Assembly: GCA_964016885.1 (NCBI GenBank)
Contig: OZ024751.1
Location: 14,818,001 to 14,882,000 of the forward strand
Direction: 5' to 3'
DNA: 64,000 nt
DNA from: Eledone cirrhosa
Taxonomy: Eukaryota
Position numbers and translations under genes: made by a program. The notes beneath the pieces are model-generated. The model searched no databases. It worked only from the letters and a program-made list of their open reading frames with translations, and had not been told where the DNA came from. Of this stretch, positions 27,421-42,150 are shown piece by piece (within the stretch, counting starts at the first letter, position 1; every line of letters starts with the position of its first letter).

Positions 27421-28152
27421 AAATGAAAAACAAAAACAAAAAAGCAACAAATTCGGATATTTTGGTTTAAGAGTAACTGAAGATAATTTAAAAAGAAGTT
27501 TGAAATATCGTACTATCATGCTGCTATCTAGTGGAGAGTAGCAGAAACAGTAAATAGAGATTAAAAAAGAAAGGAAAGACGAAGATAAACAGAACAGAAA
27601 AGAAAAGAAAAAAGAAAACGAACCGGCATAACAAAATATAGTAATAGGAAGGAATAAGAAGATAAGAGAATTTCAGGAGAGAACTGAGTAAGTGTTATAT
27701 TTTAGGAGCCGCGTGAGACGTGTAAAGATACCGAATGAAGTTTAATGATGTTCAACGAATGTTGTAGCAAATACTTACAACGTAAGCAATTACATTAAGC
27801 TAGAATTTATTCTTAATTCTTCATATACCTAGATTAGTTTAATTGCGTTGACACACAAAGATTTATAGTTTGCCGGGATTAGAGTTCAACCAGTACAATG
27901 AGAAATCTATTCTTAACAACAATCCTCTTATTGTTTGAAATAATCTGAAATTCTGACAGCGTTAAGTGAAAAGATCTTCATGGAGGAAATCAAAAGTATT
28001 TTAATTAAGCCTCATAATCCGGGACTTGTAAAATCTTGGAAATCTATAGTCGCAGGCAAAGACTTGATTGTGACAAAGAACTCAACATCGCTGGCTGATT
28101 AGTAAGAAAATATTCGTCATAGCTAAATGATATGGAGATACACGGTGTAAGG

Positions 28153-28526
28153 CAGAGGTTCTCAAAGTGTGGGGCACCGCCCTCCCACAGGAGGAGGGGG
28201 GGGGGGGCGTTGAGGCCTAAGGGGGCGGTGGAGAGCGGTAGATTTGATATGATATAATAGTATATTAAATATCAAATGATACATATATATATAAATATAG
28301 TAAAATAAAAATATATATATTTATTTATACATAGTATATATATTATATTATTTATTATATATCAATTAACAATTTTATTTGATATGTATAAAATAACAAT
28401 TTTATCTATTATATATTATTTATCATTTGGGTGTAGGCAGGTTTCTCTGGAAATAGGGGTTGGGGGCGCTGAGGGTATTACGGGGCCGTGAGGGGAGGGG
28501 AAGCCAAAAAAGTTTGAGAACCTCTG
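28153..28526. mobile_element. hAT (Charlie-like) MITE
   Basis: 14-bp TIR cagaggttctcaaa/tttgagaacctctg; imperfect 8-bp TSD gtgtaagg/gtataaag. Confidence 0.8.
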
Positions 28527-28539
28527 GTATAAAGTATAT

Positions 28540-28573
<34 letters not shown>

Positions 28574-28578
28574 GTCTA

Positions 28579-28629
<51 letters not shown>

Positions 28630-28644
28630 ATATATATATACATG

Positions 28645-29318
<674 letters not shown>

Positions 29319-29697
29319 TATATATATAAAAATATATATAATATATATATAAATATATATAATATATATATAAATATATATAATATATATATAAAAATAT
29401 ATATATAAAAATATATATAATATATATATAAAAATATATATAATATATATATAAAAATATATATAATATATACATATATAAATATATATAATATATATAT
29501 ATAAAAATATATATAATATATATATATAAAAATATATATAATATATATATATAAAAATATATATAATATATATATATAAAAATATATATAATATATATAT
29601 ATAAAAATATATATAATATATATATAAAAATATATATAATATATATATATATAAAAATATATATAATATATATATATATATATAATATATATATATA

Positions 29698-29887
29698 TAA
29701 TTGTTTCTACTTTTGGCACAAGGCCAGCAATTATCCCAGTGTATTACTGGTACTTTATTTTATCGACCCCGTAAGGATGAAAGGCAAAGTTAACCTCGGC
29801 GGGATTTGAACTCAGACCGTAAAGGGACGTAACTGTACTGCAAAGCATGGCGTCCGACCCTCTAACGATACTGCCAATCCACCGCCA
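29698..29887 (-). mobile_element. Full-length family A SINE in (TA)n
   Basis: Complete match including the ggcggtggattggcag 5' end. Confidence 0.9.
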
Positions 29888-30021
29888 TTATATATATATA
29901 TAATATATATAAATAATATATATATATATAATATATATATATATATAATCATCATCATCATCATCGTTTAACGCCCATCTTCGACGCTACCATGGATATA
30001 TAATATATATTTTATATATAT

Positions 30022-30065
<44 letters not shown>

Positions 30066-30335
30066 AAAGTATGTCCATAGAATCATTTGATACAATATAT
30101 ACACTATTTCCTCTCGCAATCAGCATAATCGACCACACAAAAAACCAATTAAACCAGGCTATAAGATTAAAAGGTACTTATGAAGAAATAATAGATAAAT
30201 AAACGACAGCTATAGAATATTTACCCACCATTTCTTATAGCACGTGGAAATCGATTAAATATATCGTCAACCATTCACAATTAGGTATAAAATCAAAGTT
30301 AGAAGAAAAAATGAAAAAATGTATATAAGCATACC

Positions 30336-30384
<49 letters not shown>

Positions 30385-30494
30385 TTTACGTAGGCGGTGT
30401 CTGTACTTTTTGAGGTCAAATCCCACCGAGGTCAACTTTGCCTTTCATCGCGTTCGCAATTCAGTAGGATAGAAACTAACAGTCGCCGTACACG

Positions 30495-30850
30495 TTCATG
30501 AGTCATTATACCCGGTTAGGAGTCACTCTATCTGGCCACGGGTCACTATACCCGGTCATGGGTCACTCCACACAGTCACGAATCACTATATCCGGTCAGG
30601 AGTCATTATAACCGGTCATGGGTCATTCCATTCGGTCATGGTCACTATACCCGGTTAGGAAACACTATACCCTGTCATGAATCATTCCACCCGATCGTGG
30701 ATTGCCACACCTGGTCATTAGTATCTGCCAACATGGGTCACTATACCCAGTCAGGGGTCATTCCACTCGGTCATGAGTCATTATACCCAGTTAGGAAGTA
30801 GTATACCCGGTCATGAATCATTCCACATGGTCATTAGTATACTGCCAGTA
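30495..30850. repeat. Degenerate 20-bp minisatellite (gggtcactatacccggtcat-like)
   Basis: Tandem diverged 20-mers. Confidence 0.8.
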
Positions 30851-30956
30851 TACCTTCAATATCCCGTATATCTGGTTACATAATTATCTACTCAATCAAA
30901 GATATCCAACACTTAACACAGAACCTAATATATTTACTATTCACTTACCTAGCAAG

Positions 30957-31130
30957 GGCGGTGGGTTGGCAGAATTGGTAGAGCGTCGGACAAATGCTTC
31001 TGAGTTCAACTTTACTTTACTTTTCATATTTATGAGGTTGATAAAATAAAGCACTAGTCAAGTAATGGGGTCAATATAGTCACCTCCCTCCCAAACAAAA
31101 GGCCATATGCCTAATTCAGAAATAACTATT
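30957..31130 (+). mobile_element. Diverged family A SINE
   Basis: ggcggtgggttggcagaattggtag head and gataaaataaagcactag core. Confidence 0.6.
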
Positions 31131-31146
31131 TACTTAGCAAATACAT

Positions 31147-31216
<70 letters not shown>

Positions 31217-31609
31217 CATTTAGTGCGGCATCATCGAAGCTCTGGTTGCAGCCAAGCTAACGAATGCAGTCGGGATGTACAGCTAAGCACTCAATATGGT
31301 ATATTTCCTTAGAGTTATAACATTACGTTTAGACAGCTTTGCAAATTGAAGACAGCGACTGATAGACGAGCCGCAGCGACGAAAAATACTGAACTCAGGA
31401 AAATCTGACAAATATATATATATATACAGAGGTTATATTTAATTTGTTGGGATTCAACAAGCTTAAAAAAATATTTATTTATAAAAATATAAATATTTAT
31501 TTATAAAACTAATCTGTATTTTATTTTATCTTATGAAAGGGCACCATAATTTGCCTTGGTGGCCCTTGAAATATGAATAATAAAATAAATATGGTTTTAT
31601 TAATATATT

Positions 31610-32609
31610 GTGATATCACTGTTCTACACCAACACCAACACCAAGGCCCAAGTCATTACACCTGATGGGATGACAGAGTTCTTTGAGATACTGGCTGGAG
31701 TGCTCCAGGGAGATACATTGGCTCCCTACCTTTTTATCATTGTAGTGGACTATTGTATGCGTCTTGCACTGGAGAAACACCAGGACTCTGGCTTTACTGT
31801 AGCACCGGCTCAGAGCAGGAGAGTTGGGGCGAAAAAGGTATCGGATGCTGAATTTGCCGACGACATAGTTTTGGTGACAAATACAGTGAAGGAGGCAGAG
31901 GATTTGATGCGGGAGGTTGAGACTGTGTCGATGAGTGTGGGGCTGAGAATGAATGAGACTAAAACAAAATATCTGGTAGAGAATGTTGCGAAGCCAGAGG
32001 GGATCACTAATGTGGGCGGGAAGCCGCTGGAATTGGTTGAGGACTTCCTGTATTTGGGAGCAAAGATTGGGAATACGGAAGATGATGTGGTTGAGAGGAA
32101 GAGCAAGGCCTGGGCGGCGTGTCACAGCTTGAGGTCGGTGTGGAAGTCGGACCTTCGTAGAGACCTGAAAATCCGCCTCTTCATTGCTGTAGTGGAGTCT
32201 GTGCTGCTGTATGGGTCTGAGACTTGGACACTGACCAAGAGACTCACTCAGATGGTGGATGGGTGCTACACGAGAATGCTGAGGATGGCTCTGAACATTA
32301 ATCAGTATACACTGAGGATGAAAAACTCAGAGCTGTATGGGAGCATCCCAAAAGTCAGCTCAAAAGTGACACAGAGAAGACTGAGGTTGGCTGGACATGC
32401 TCACCGACATCCAGAGTTGACATTGCACTCAGTGCTCCTTTGGGAGCCCCTACATGGACACACTAGAAGAGGAAGACCAAGGTTAACATATGTTGATGCC
32501 CTAAGGACAGACACTGGTCTGTTGGAGATGCAGGATATGGCAGCGATAATGAGGGACAGAGACCGCTGGAGAGAACTCGTCCATGGATCTCGGGAATTTT
32601 ACCCGCCTT

Positions 32610-32611
<2 letters not shown>
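31610..32611 (+). pseudogene. 5'-truncated RTE/RTEX-type LINE reverse transcriptase (open frame, 333 aa)
   Basis: GVLQGDTLAPYLF, FADD, FLYLG, LLYGSETWTL, RLRLAGH, RGRP motifs; stop codon runs directly into (TA)n. Confidence 0.92.
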
Positions 32612-32697
<86 letters not shown>

Positions 32698-33196
32698 TTT
32701 GTGATGTTCTTGGTTATTTCCCCCTGATTCTACCCTCTTTTATCTTATCTCTCTCTCCTTCAATTACTGTAATACACTATATTCTCATGTTTCCCCTTCC
32801 CTGTCCTTGCTTCTGACTCTTCTATACAATGAAACTCATGTTTTCCCTTCCTCTCTCTAAAGCTGTTGTCTCTTCTATACAATCAAACCTGTAACTAAAT
32901 CTGAAATTTAATCGACTGTTTCCTGCACAAAATGTAGTTGACTATTGCAATTTTACTTAGATGTTCTCAATGAAATAGTTGAACATTGGATAGAGCTTAA
33001 ACTTCAATCTCCCAGCTGTTTTTAATTCATTGCTACATAAAACCTTGGCAACTATGTTATATACACAAATATATACACCAGGTCCGAACATAAAAGAACT
33101 AAACTTGTTATATACGCACATATATAGAGACTACTCTGAGTTCTTAACTCAATGTATATATACACACATATATATATTTGTTATATACACACACAA

Positions 33197-33237
<41 letters not shown>

Positions 33238-33479
33238 CACCAGGCCTGAACATAAAAGAACCAAACTCCCACTGTCACTGCTTCCGTCTCTCCCGATTTC
33301 TCCTTCTTGAATCAAGTGACTTTGGTAGACAAGTAGACAAAAAAAAAAATAATAATAAATAAAATGAAACAAAAAAAAGGAATGGGAAAGAAGATAAAGA
33401 ACAAAAAGAGAATGAAGTAATGAAGGAAAAAGAAAGAGGAAGGGAGGGACAGCCTCTACACCCCAGTCTGGGTGGTGAT

Positions 33480-33700
33480 TCGGCTGTGCACAGCAGACAG
33501 AATGGCGAAGGTATTACCACAGAGAATGGCTAGCATGACTCGCTGCAACAGCTACACCACCTCACGAGGGTCCTTCCTCAGGTGGACTGCTGTCCTTCCG
33601 ATTTTGTGGAGGAAATCATCAGAGCGAGGGACCAAGGACACCTAAGGTCTCAACGGCGACCGGGACGAAAAGCAAGCGGTCGGACAAGCCCTGCTGGTTA
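33480..33700 (-). pseudogene. CRE-like non-LTR retrotransposon C-terminal fragment
   Basis: FVPVAVETLGVLGP and DPREVV*LLQRVMLAILCGN resemble the restriction-like endonuclease end of CRE elements. Confidence 0.6.
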
Positions 33701-34159
33701 TATTTTTTAACAGTTTCATGTGTTTTTACTGTATCACTAGATGCACCTTCGTGTCTTTGATGTACGTACAACACTATGTATTTTATATAAGAACATAGGT
33801 CCATGTTAGCGTCCTGCGTCAGTTTTTACTTTGGTATATTGGCAGAGGCATAACCAGCGAAAATAACACCTATGGCAAGCAGTGAAATTGTGCCCCCTGC
33901 CCAGCACAGTATTTTTTACCTATGGGCCTAATAATTTATATAAATAGTTAAATAATCCAGCCGCCATAGTGTTCTCACCCATGATAATCAAAGACAGGTC
34001 ATACATCTGAAAGAGTTTCTTTCTTCACTCTCCGACGAGGCTTATTTGACTTTAATAGAAAGTGCTCCTTCATGTGGAACCCATGGCACGTGTCATGCTT
34101 TCTATGCATTAGTGGTGCCTCTGTATATTGGTTCTGTTATTGTTTTAGTGTATCAGGAA

Positions 34160-34360
34160 GGGCGGTAGATTTGACAGTCTCGTTAAAGCGTTGGACAAAA
34201 TACTTCACGGCATTTAGTTACAATTTTCAAATCCCGCCGAGGTGAACTTTGCTTTTTATCTTTCTAAGGGGTCGATAACATAAAGTACCAATTAAGTCGA
34301 TAAATATCAACTTTCCCCTTTTACCCCCAAATTACTGACCTTGTACCAATGTTAAGAGGA
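34160..34360 (+). mobile_element. Diverged family A SINE
   Basis: ttcaaatcccgccgagg and ggggtcgataacataaagtacca. Confidence 0.7.
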
Positions 34361-35242
34361 ATATAAGTGTATCTGCCGATATGCAATGGTTTGGTATATC
34401 CCTCAATATCGAACAGGAATCTACTTCACTCATCAGATGAATACCCACTTTTATCTTATTTTCAAGGAGGAAATATTTTAGAATGAGTTATCAAGTGAAG
34501 TGTCACTTCCGGGTCAAACGGAAATCATTTTATATGAAGAGTTAAAACTCAATGTAAACCCAATCAGCTAATTATATCATTGAAAAGGGGGGAAAAAATC
34601 TAGTGGAAGGTTAGAATTGATTCTATTAACGCATTCGTGTTAACACTACTCTTTCCCAGATCTCGTATCGTTTATACTTATTTCATCAAAGATGCCAACC
34701 AAGAAATTGTTCTCTTTCAAGTGTCATCCATTATTGAAGATAACACCCAAACCTATCTGGATGAAGATAAGGAAGAAAGTCCATTAACATCACATGGCTT
34801 TCTTCCATGCAAGCAATTAAATACGTACGACACATCACAAGGCTCTATTCTGGTCTGTATAATCATTTCACACACAGAGGAAAATGTGAAGATTTTGTAA
34901 AAGAACACAGAAGACTATTGAACGTATTATTTACGGTCGGTATCAATAACTTCGGTGGAATTTGAACATCAAGAAAGGATCTATCGGGAATATCTCTGTT
35001 AATACAAACAAAGGAGAGAGTGAGAGAGAGAGAGAGGGAAGGAGGAGAGAGAGACTGATAGATAGATAGATAGAGAGAGAGAGGGGGGGGGACTAATAGA
35101 TAGATAAATAGATAGATACATAGGTATATATATATTGGAAATTGTGTGAGATCCTTGGTACAGTTAGGTATATTTGAAAATAAGGAAAAGAATGTCTTCA
35201 CTTGTAGTGTTAAAAAATTTTTTTATTTAATTTTATAATATT

Positions 35243-35581
35243 ATAATATTATGAGTTGGTAGATCCAGTAAGTTCTTTGTTAACTTCGGTGGGAAGAATT
35301 TTAAAGATTCCTAGTTAACTTGGGTTGGAGAACGTTCTCGCATTCTCAGTGCGACAATCGCCACAAACAGACGAATGCGAGAAAGTTCTCCAAACCAAGT
35401 TAACTAGGAATCTTTAAAATTCTTCCCACCGAAGTTAACAAAGAACTTACTGGATCTACCAACTCATAATATTATTGTATTTTGTCTGATGAAGGCATAC
35501 CATAATTTAACATGGTATCCTTGAAATATGTATAATAAAATAAATATGGTTTTATAAATATAGTTTCCATTTGTTAATATC

Positions 35582-35582
<1 letters not shown>
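35243..35582. mobile_element. Palindrome (103-bp arms, 27-nt spacer) followed by a hammerhead (35480-35540, +) and tail
   Basis: Arms 35243-35345/35373-35475; ttttgt-CTGATGA-aggcataccat..atggtatcctt-GAAA-tatgta-TA|ataaaa. Confidence 0.8.
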
Positions 35583-35658
<76 letters not shown>

Positions 35659-35744
35659 TGGGAAAGAGAGGGCGCAGTAGATAAACACAGCTGAAGGGAA
35701 AGAGGTGAGAGAAAATACAAATTATAACTGAAGACACAACCCTC

Positions 35745-35775
<31 letters not shown>

Positions 35776-35805
<30 letters not shown>

Positions 35806-36775
35806 CCGTTTTACGTCCGTTCTTCCACGCTAGCATGGGTTAGACGGGTTGTCCTGTTGTGGGCAGTGTCTGGTCGGCTGACCATGCCTTGCTCATACAG
35901 GAACTGATTTGGCTTGATTTCTACAGCTGGATGCCCTTCCTAACACCAACCTCATTTACAGTGAGTGCTGGGTGCTTTTTCGTGGCGCCTACACGTCCAC
36001 TTTACAGTGTGGGCTGGGTGCTTTTTTGCCGTGGCACCTCCACGACCACCTTGCGGTGGAGGGTGTGGGGGCATATTGTCTATATGCTTCAGCTTGTACC
36101 CATGGGAGGTCGGGTACTCTGTATTACTGCGTGACGCCAGAGGTCACGGTCGTGTCTCATCGCCTTTGAGAGGTGTAATTGGGTAAGGTCGGCTTTTATC
36201 ACCTCATCCCAGGTCATCTTGGGTCTCCCTACTCCGCGGTTTCCATCGACTTCTAGTGCTCTGCACCTTTTTATGCAGCTGTCATCCTTCATACGCATCA
36301 CATGTCCATACCAGCGCAACCACCTCTCCTGCACACAGTATTTGATTCCTCTTATGCTCAGTCTCTCTCTCATTTCATTTATGCTTTGTCGTTCGCGTAT
36401 ATTACTGTTACACATCCATCGGAGCATGCGGGCTTCGTTTCTCTCTAATCTACATAAGTCTTCCACCTTCAGCACCCAGGTCTCACTACCATGCAACATC
36501 GCTGTTCGGATACACGCATCATACAGTCTGCCTTTCATTTTGAGGGAGAAGCCTTTTGCAGCTAGCAGTGGAAGTAGTTCCCTAAACTTCTTCCATCCCG
36601 TTCTTACCCTAGTTATTGTACTTTCTGAACACCCACCTCCGCTGCTAATTCGGCCACCTAGGTAGCAGAAGCTGTCTACTGTTTCTACAGAGCTCTCCCA
36701 GAGGTTGGTGGTACTTGTTTTCTGTGGCTGTTTGCTGCTTGCTGTCCCAGCACAGCTGCTGCATGTAAAGCCTAC
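35776..36775 (-). pseudogene. RTE-clade LINE 3' fragment with 3' UTR and (GAT)n tail
   Basis: VDSFCYLG, WKKFREL, AMLHGSETW, LRWYGHVMRM, GRPKMTW motifs; short related tail at 29949-29995. Confidence 0.9.
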
Positions 36776-36806
<31 letters not shown>

Positions 36807-36869
36807 TATATATATATGTATGAATATATATATATGTATGTATATATATAAATATATATATATATATAT

Positions 36870-37257
36870 GCAAAAGTTTTATTTAAAATTGTTGGGTTAC
36901 AACGAATAAATATTTTATAACTGATATAAAGCACTCAACAAGTTTTGGAGTAGATATACGATATTAAACAAATGGAAACTATATTTATAAAACCATATTT
37001 ATTTCATTATACATATTTCAGGGATACCATATTAGAAATATGGCATGCCTTCTTCAGACAAAATACAATATATAAGCAGTTTTATAAATAAATTTGACGT
37101 ACCATGAATATTGTTCAACTTCCATTTAAAAAAGTTGGTGCTTATATATTGTATTTTGTCTGAAGAAGGCATGCCATATTTCTAATATGGTATCCCTGAA
37201 ATATGTATAATGAAATAAATATGGTTTTATAAATATAGTTTCCATTTGTTTAATATC

Positions 37258-37263
<6 letters not shown>
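36870..37263. mobile_element. Palindromic PLE-type end with a hammerhead in each arm
   Basis: Arms about 36954-37078/37139-37263 with CTGAAGA-aggcatgccat..atggtatccct-GAAA; (TA)n on both sides. Confidence 0.8.
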
Positions 37264-37335
<72 letters not shown>

Positions 37336-37345
37336 GTATATATAT

Positions 37346-37378
<33 letters not shown>

Positions 37379-37519
37379 AACATATATATGCATATATATA
37401 TAAATAAATATATATATATATAAATATATATATATGTATTTATTTATATATATAAATATATAAATATATATATATAACTATATATGTATGTATATATATA
37501 TATATATATAAATATATAA

Positions 37520-37558
<39 letters not shown>

Positions 37559-37691
37559 TATATATATAAATATATAAATATATATATATAAATATATATG
37601 TATGTATATATATATATATATATATATAAATATATATATATGTATGTGTATATATATATATAATATATATATATATATGTATATATATGTG

Positions 37692-37724
<33 letters not shown>

Positions 37725-37943
37725 AACTTCCAAGGGTCTAGACTCTAGAGCACTCAGCACACTGAATGAGATGGCGTTACACCCGACGAAACTTAAGTAT
37801 CTGCATAAGCCATTGTTGTAACTAATAATTATATGTTTACGTGCCTACATTGTAAAAATGTGTATATTTATACACACATTGTTGCCGTCTCGGTTATTCA
37901 CCCTGTATTTATAGATATAACTTTATCATATACACACACACAC

Positions 37944-38030
<87 letters not shown>

Positions 38031-38078
38031 CGTGCGTGTGTGCGTGCGCGTGCGCGCGTGTGTGTGCGTGTGTGCGTG

Positions 38079-38156
<78 letters not shown>

Positions 38157-38315
38157 CAAAAGGCAAACAGAAATAACAAAACGACACAGTATAATGTTAC
38201 TAGTTTTACGCTTGATATAGTAGGAGTACACACACATATATATTAGGTCAAGTATGAAATTTGTTTATTTTCTACAAATTTCATTCTTGATCACCAAATA
38301 TAACTATTTGTTCAC

Positions 38316-38353
<38 letters not shown>

Positions 38354-38354
<1 letters not shown>

Positions 38355-38541
38355 ACGAGTAGGACCCCGACGGCTGAGCTCAAGCCGTTTCGACGGCTAA
38401 TTCTGGCTCAGAATTAGCCGTCGAAACGGCTTGAGCTCAGCCGTCGGGGTCCTACTCGTTCCTATTACCCACTCTACTACCCTAAGTATTGAGTACTTAG
38501 GTGCGTTATGGTCCACCTGGATCCTTACCACACTTCCTTCG

Positions 38542-38543
<2 letters not shown>
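38354..38543. mobile_element. Palindromic half-hammerhead element (family E) plus tail
   Basis: Arms 38354-38405/38409-38460; GAAA-cggc..gccg-TC|gggg. Confidence 0.8.
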
Positions 38544-38592
<49 letters not shown>

Positions 38593-38800
38593 TTGCAAGT
38601 TTTTTTTTCGTGTGTCCAAACAAATAGTTATATTTGGGGAGGGTCATATTGTTATAATAATGCCAGAATTAATAACAGAACACATTCACTGTTTGGTTTG
38701 GGTTGGTTTTCGCTTCTCTATCTTTTATATCTCCATAGTTAATTTATTTGGCAATCAATGTTTATCATTGATTGACCAACGGTTAAAAATACAAATATAA

Positions 38801-38866
<66 letters not shown>

Positions 38867-38911
38867 AAGTTAGATAAAAAGTCAAATGTTTAAAATTTAG
38901 CTTCGTTTATT

Positions 38912-38966
38912 ACTGCTATATATATTTCAGTGACAGCCATCTTTGGCTGTGACCTCTTCAGGCAGT
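38912..38966 (-). ncRNA. Type-I hammerhead ribozyme motif
   Basis: actgc-CTGAAGA-g-gtcacagcca-aaga-tggctgtcac-t-GAAA-tatata-TA|gcagt; relative at 55974-56029 (-). Confidence 0.75.
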
Positions 38967-39117
38967 CCGATATAGACAAGTACATATGTTGTTGAGGTGT
39001 ATAATATTGTCAATACTCTGAGTATTACATTACTCCGGAGTAACCAAACCAGCCTGCGCACTTCGTCGAGTGCTCCAGCCTGCATACTGAGTTGTTGGTA
39101 TACAACCAACATATACT

Positions 39118-39159
<42 letters not shown>

Positions 39160-39371
39160 GTTTGGAGTTAGAAGGCCAAAATAATGCAGGTATGGATATA
39201 GAATATAAATACAAAGGCAAAAGATATCGCTGACAATTAGTCTTTTACCTTAAATTTATTTGAATATTCAAATAAATTTAAGGTAAAAGACTAATTGTCA
39301 GCGATATCTTTTGCATTTGTATTTATATTCTATATCTATACTTGCATTATTTTGGCCTTCTAACTCCAAAC
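39160..39371. repeat. Spacerless 212-bp palindrome between (TA)n tracts
   Basis: Axis gaat|attc at 39265/39266; few arm mismatches; no hammerhead core seen. Confidence 0.9.
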
Positions 39372-39417
39372 ATTTATGTCTCACTACGCAATGCTTCAAG
39401 TAAACTACAATTTCCTT

Positions 39418-39494
<77 letters not shown>

Positions 39495-39496
<2 letters not shown>

Positions 39497-39768
39497 CAAG
39501 CAAAGTTCTTTCGTCACAAATCTGCGACATCATCAGTGGTTCTATTATGTTTCCTCCCGTTGTATTGTAAAGCCTACGTCATTTTTATTCAATTAATTTA
39601 TTTATTTCTTCCTGTCTCTGTCTCTGTTTGCGCATAAGCATACACATACACTCAAACACGAACACACACACCAAACATTAAACACACATGCAAACATGCA
39701 AACAGTGAGTGTGTTCTGTTATTACTTCTGGCAATATTATAACAATATGACCATCCCCAAGTATAACA

Positions 39769-39770
<2 letters not shown>
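39495..39770. mobile_element. PLE-family fragment: minus-strand hammerhead plus inverted terminal tail
   Basis: CTGATGA-t-gtcgc..gtgac-GAAA (-) and ccatccccaagtataac (+); related tail at 38627-38785. Confidence 0.6.
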
Positions 39771-39865
<95 letters not shown>

Positions 39866-39978
39866 CCAAAAGTAAAGAGTAATCAGGCAAAATTTCAGAG
39901 TAACAAGACTCACTATTTAGCCTTAATAAAACTCTACTTCGGTATTGAGTACTCCATTCTCTCAGGTGTCAACCATAT

Positions 39979-40023
<45 letters not shown>

Positions 40024-40026
<3 letters not shown>

Positions 40027-40211
40027 AAATGTTAGACCCTGACGGCAGAGCTCAAGCCGTTTCGACGGGTATTTCAGAAATAGCCGTCGGTCGAAACGGC
40101 TTCTGCTCTGCCGTCGGGGTCAAACATTTTCTTATTACTCAGTCTACTACCCTAAGTATTGAGTACTCTCGTGCGTTATGGTCCATCTGGTTCCTTACCC
40201 CACCTCCTTCG

Positions 40212-40213
<2 letters not shown>
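40024..40213. mobile_element. Family E palindromic element plus tail
   Basis: Arms around 40024-40132; same tail as 38461-38543. Confidence 0.75.
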
Positions 40214-40286
<73 letters not shown>

Positions 40287-40342
40287 TGTATGTATAAAAC
40301 ACAAATAAGAATTTCAACGTTCTAAGAAATACGTGCAAACAA

Positions 40343-40407
<65 letters not shown>

Positions 40408-41331
40408 AATGTATGTATGTATGTGTGTGTGTATCCGTCACACACACATACAATGCATATTTTATCTGAGTTTTGTTGCTATAATAAATTCACTTTTCAA
40501 TCACAAGTTCCTGGGTTATAACCCTACATATGTCCCTGTAAGTAGTTATTTCTCCAAAGTTACTCATACACTTAACCCCGGTATGCCATTTGTATATATT
40601 TAAGCTGAACATGTATGTAATTATATCCTAGAAATGAATCATTCTTATCTTTACTCACTTCTAATATGTAAACCATAAATTCATCAAAATGGAAATTTCC
40701 CACTATGTATGATTGTTTATACGGCGGCGAATTGGCAGAGTCGTTAGAATGTCGTTAGAATGTCGAATTGACTACTTTGCGGAATTCGTTTCGACTCTCT
40801 GCTCACTGAGTTCAAATCACGCTTGTACAGGTAATCAAAATGTGTATACATTTTTTTGGGAACACCCTATATATATCTTATGTGCTGTAATGTTTATACA
40901 ATAGTAAATATGTATTTCATAGGCCATGAATTGGTAGAGTCATTAGAACATCAAATAGAATGTTTTGTGGTATTCATTTCCAAGGTCAACTTTACCTTTC
41001 ATCCATTCCAGATTGATAGAAAGTACCAGTATAATAATAGGGTCGATTCTTTCTCTGTCTCTTCTTCGCTTCCATTCTCTCGTACTCTCCATCCGTCTCT
41101 AGAAGAAATCTGCCATTGTCAGACATGGAGAAGGGATGGGCTCTGCCAGGTTTTATTAAAAAATACCCTAGAAATGCCGTATGCCAATATGACACTCCTA
41201 CGACTCCCCCGGGAGTTAGGGGTCATTCCACCCACGATTATTTATATATCCGGGAATCCTGGTATATATGTCATACTAACCAGGAACTAGAATAATGAAA
41301 TACATTCGATATTATTACCAACATTATTGAA

Positions 41332-42150
41332 GACATTTTGTAGCATAGAGTTACGGCTATTTACGTTCTGAGTTCAAATCCTGCCGAGGTTAGCTTTGCC
41401 TTTCATCCTTAAAGTACCAGTAACACGCTGGGGTAGATTTAATCGACCTCCCCGTCTCAAATGTTGGGCCTAGTGCCTAAATCAGAACCCATTATTAATG
41501 ACACTTTGTGGCATAGAGTTGCGGCTATTTACGTTCTGAGTTCAAATCCTGCCGAGGTTAGCTTTGCCTTTCATCCTTAAAGTACCAGTAACACGCTGGG
41601 GTAGATTTAATCGACCTCCCCGTCTCAAATGTTGGGCCTAGTACCTAAATCAGAACCCATTATTAATGACACTTTGTGGCATAGAGTTGCGGCTATTTAC
41701 GTTCTGAGTTCAAATTCTGCCGAGGTTAGCTTTGCCTTTCATCCTTAAAGTACCAGTAACACGCTGGGGTAGATTTAATCGACCTCCCCGTCTCAAATTT
41801 TGGGCCTAGTGCCTAAATCAGAACCCATTATTAACGACACTTTGTGGCATAGAGTTACGGCTATTTACGTTCTGAGTTCAAATTCTGCCGAGGTTAGCTT
41901 TGCCTTTCATCCTTACAGAGTCAAGAAAATAGAGCACTAGTAACACAGCGGGGTAGGTTTAATCGACTTTCCTCTCACCCCAAAAATTGTTGGTCTTGTG
42001 CCTAAATCAGAAACGATACTGTGCGGCATAGAGTTATGGCCCTTTACTTTCTGAGGTCAAATCCCGCCGCAAAGGTTAACATTGCCTTTCATCCTTATGG
42101 GATCAATAAAATAAAGTACCAGTAACACACTGGGGTAGATTTAATCAACA
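41332..42150 (+). repeat. Tandem array of family A SINE fragments, period 168 bp
   Basis: Unit starts at 41332, 41500, 41668 and 41836, plus a fifth partial unit. Confidence 0.9.

Noticed and set aside
27700-28140. Non-repetitive stretch with splice-like signals and a short ORF (MEEIKSILIKPHNPG...)
   Set aside because: Short, no motif, and splice sites do not give a coherent frame
34500-34995. Unique sequence with cacttccgg (ETS-like) motif, possible acceptors and an 87-aa ORF
   Set aside because: No recognisable domain and no consistent exon chain; a single short motif is not evidence of a promoter
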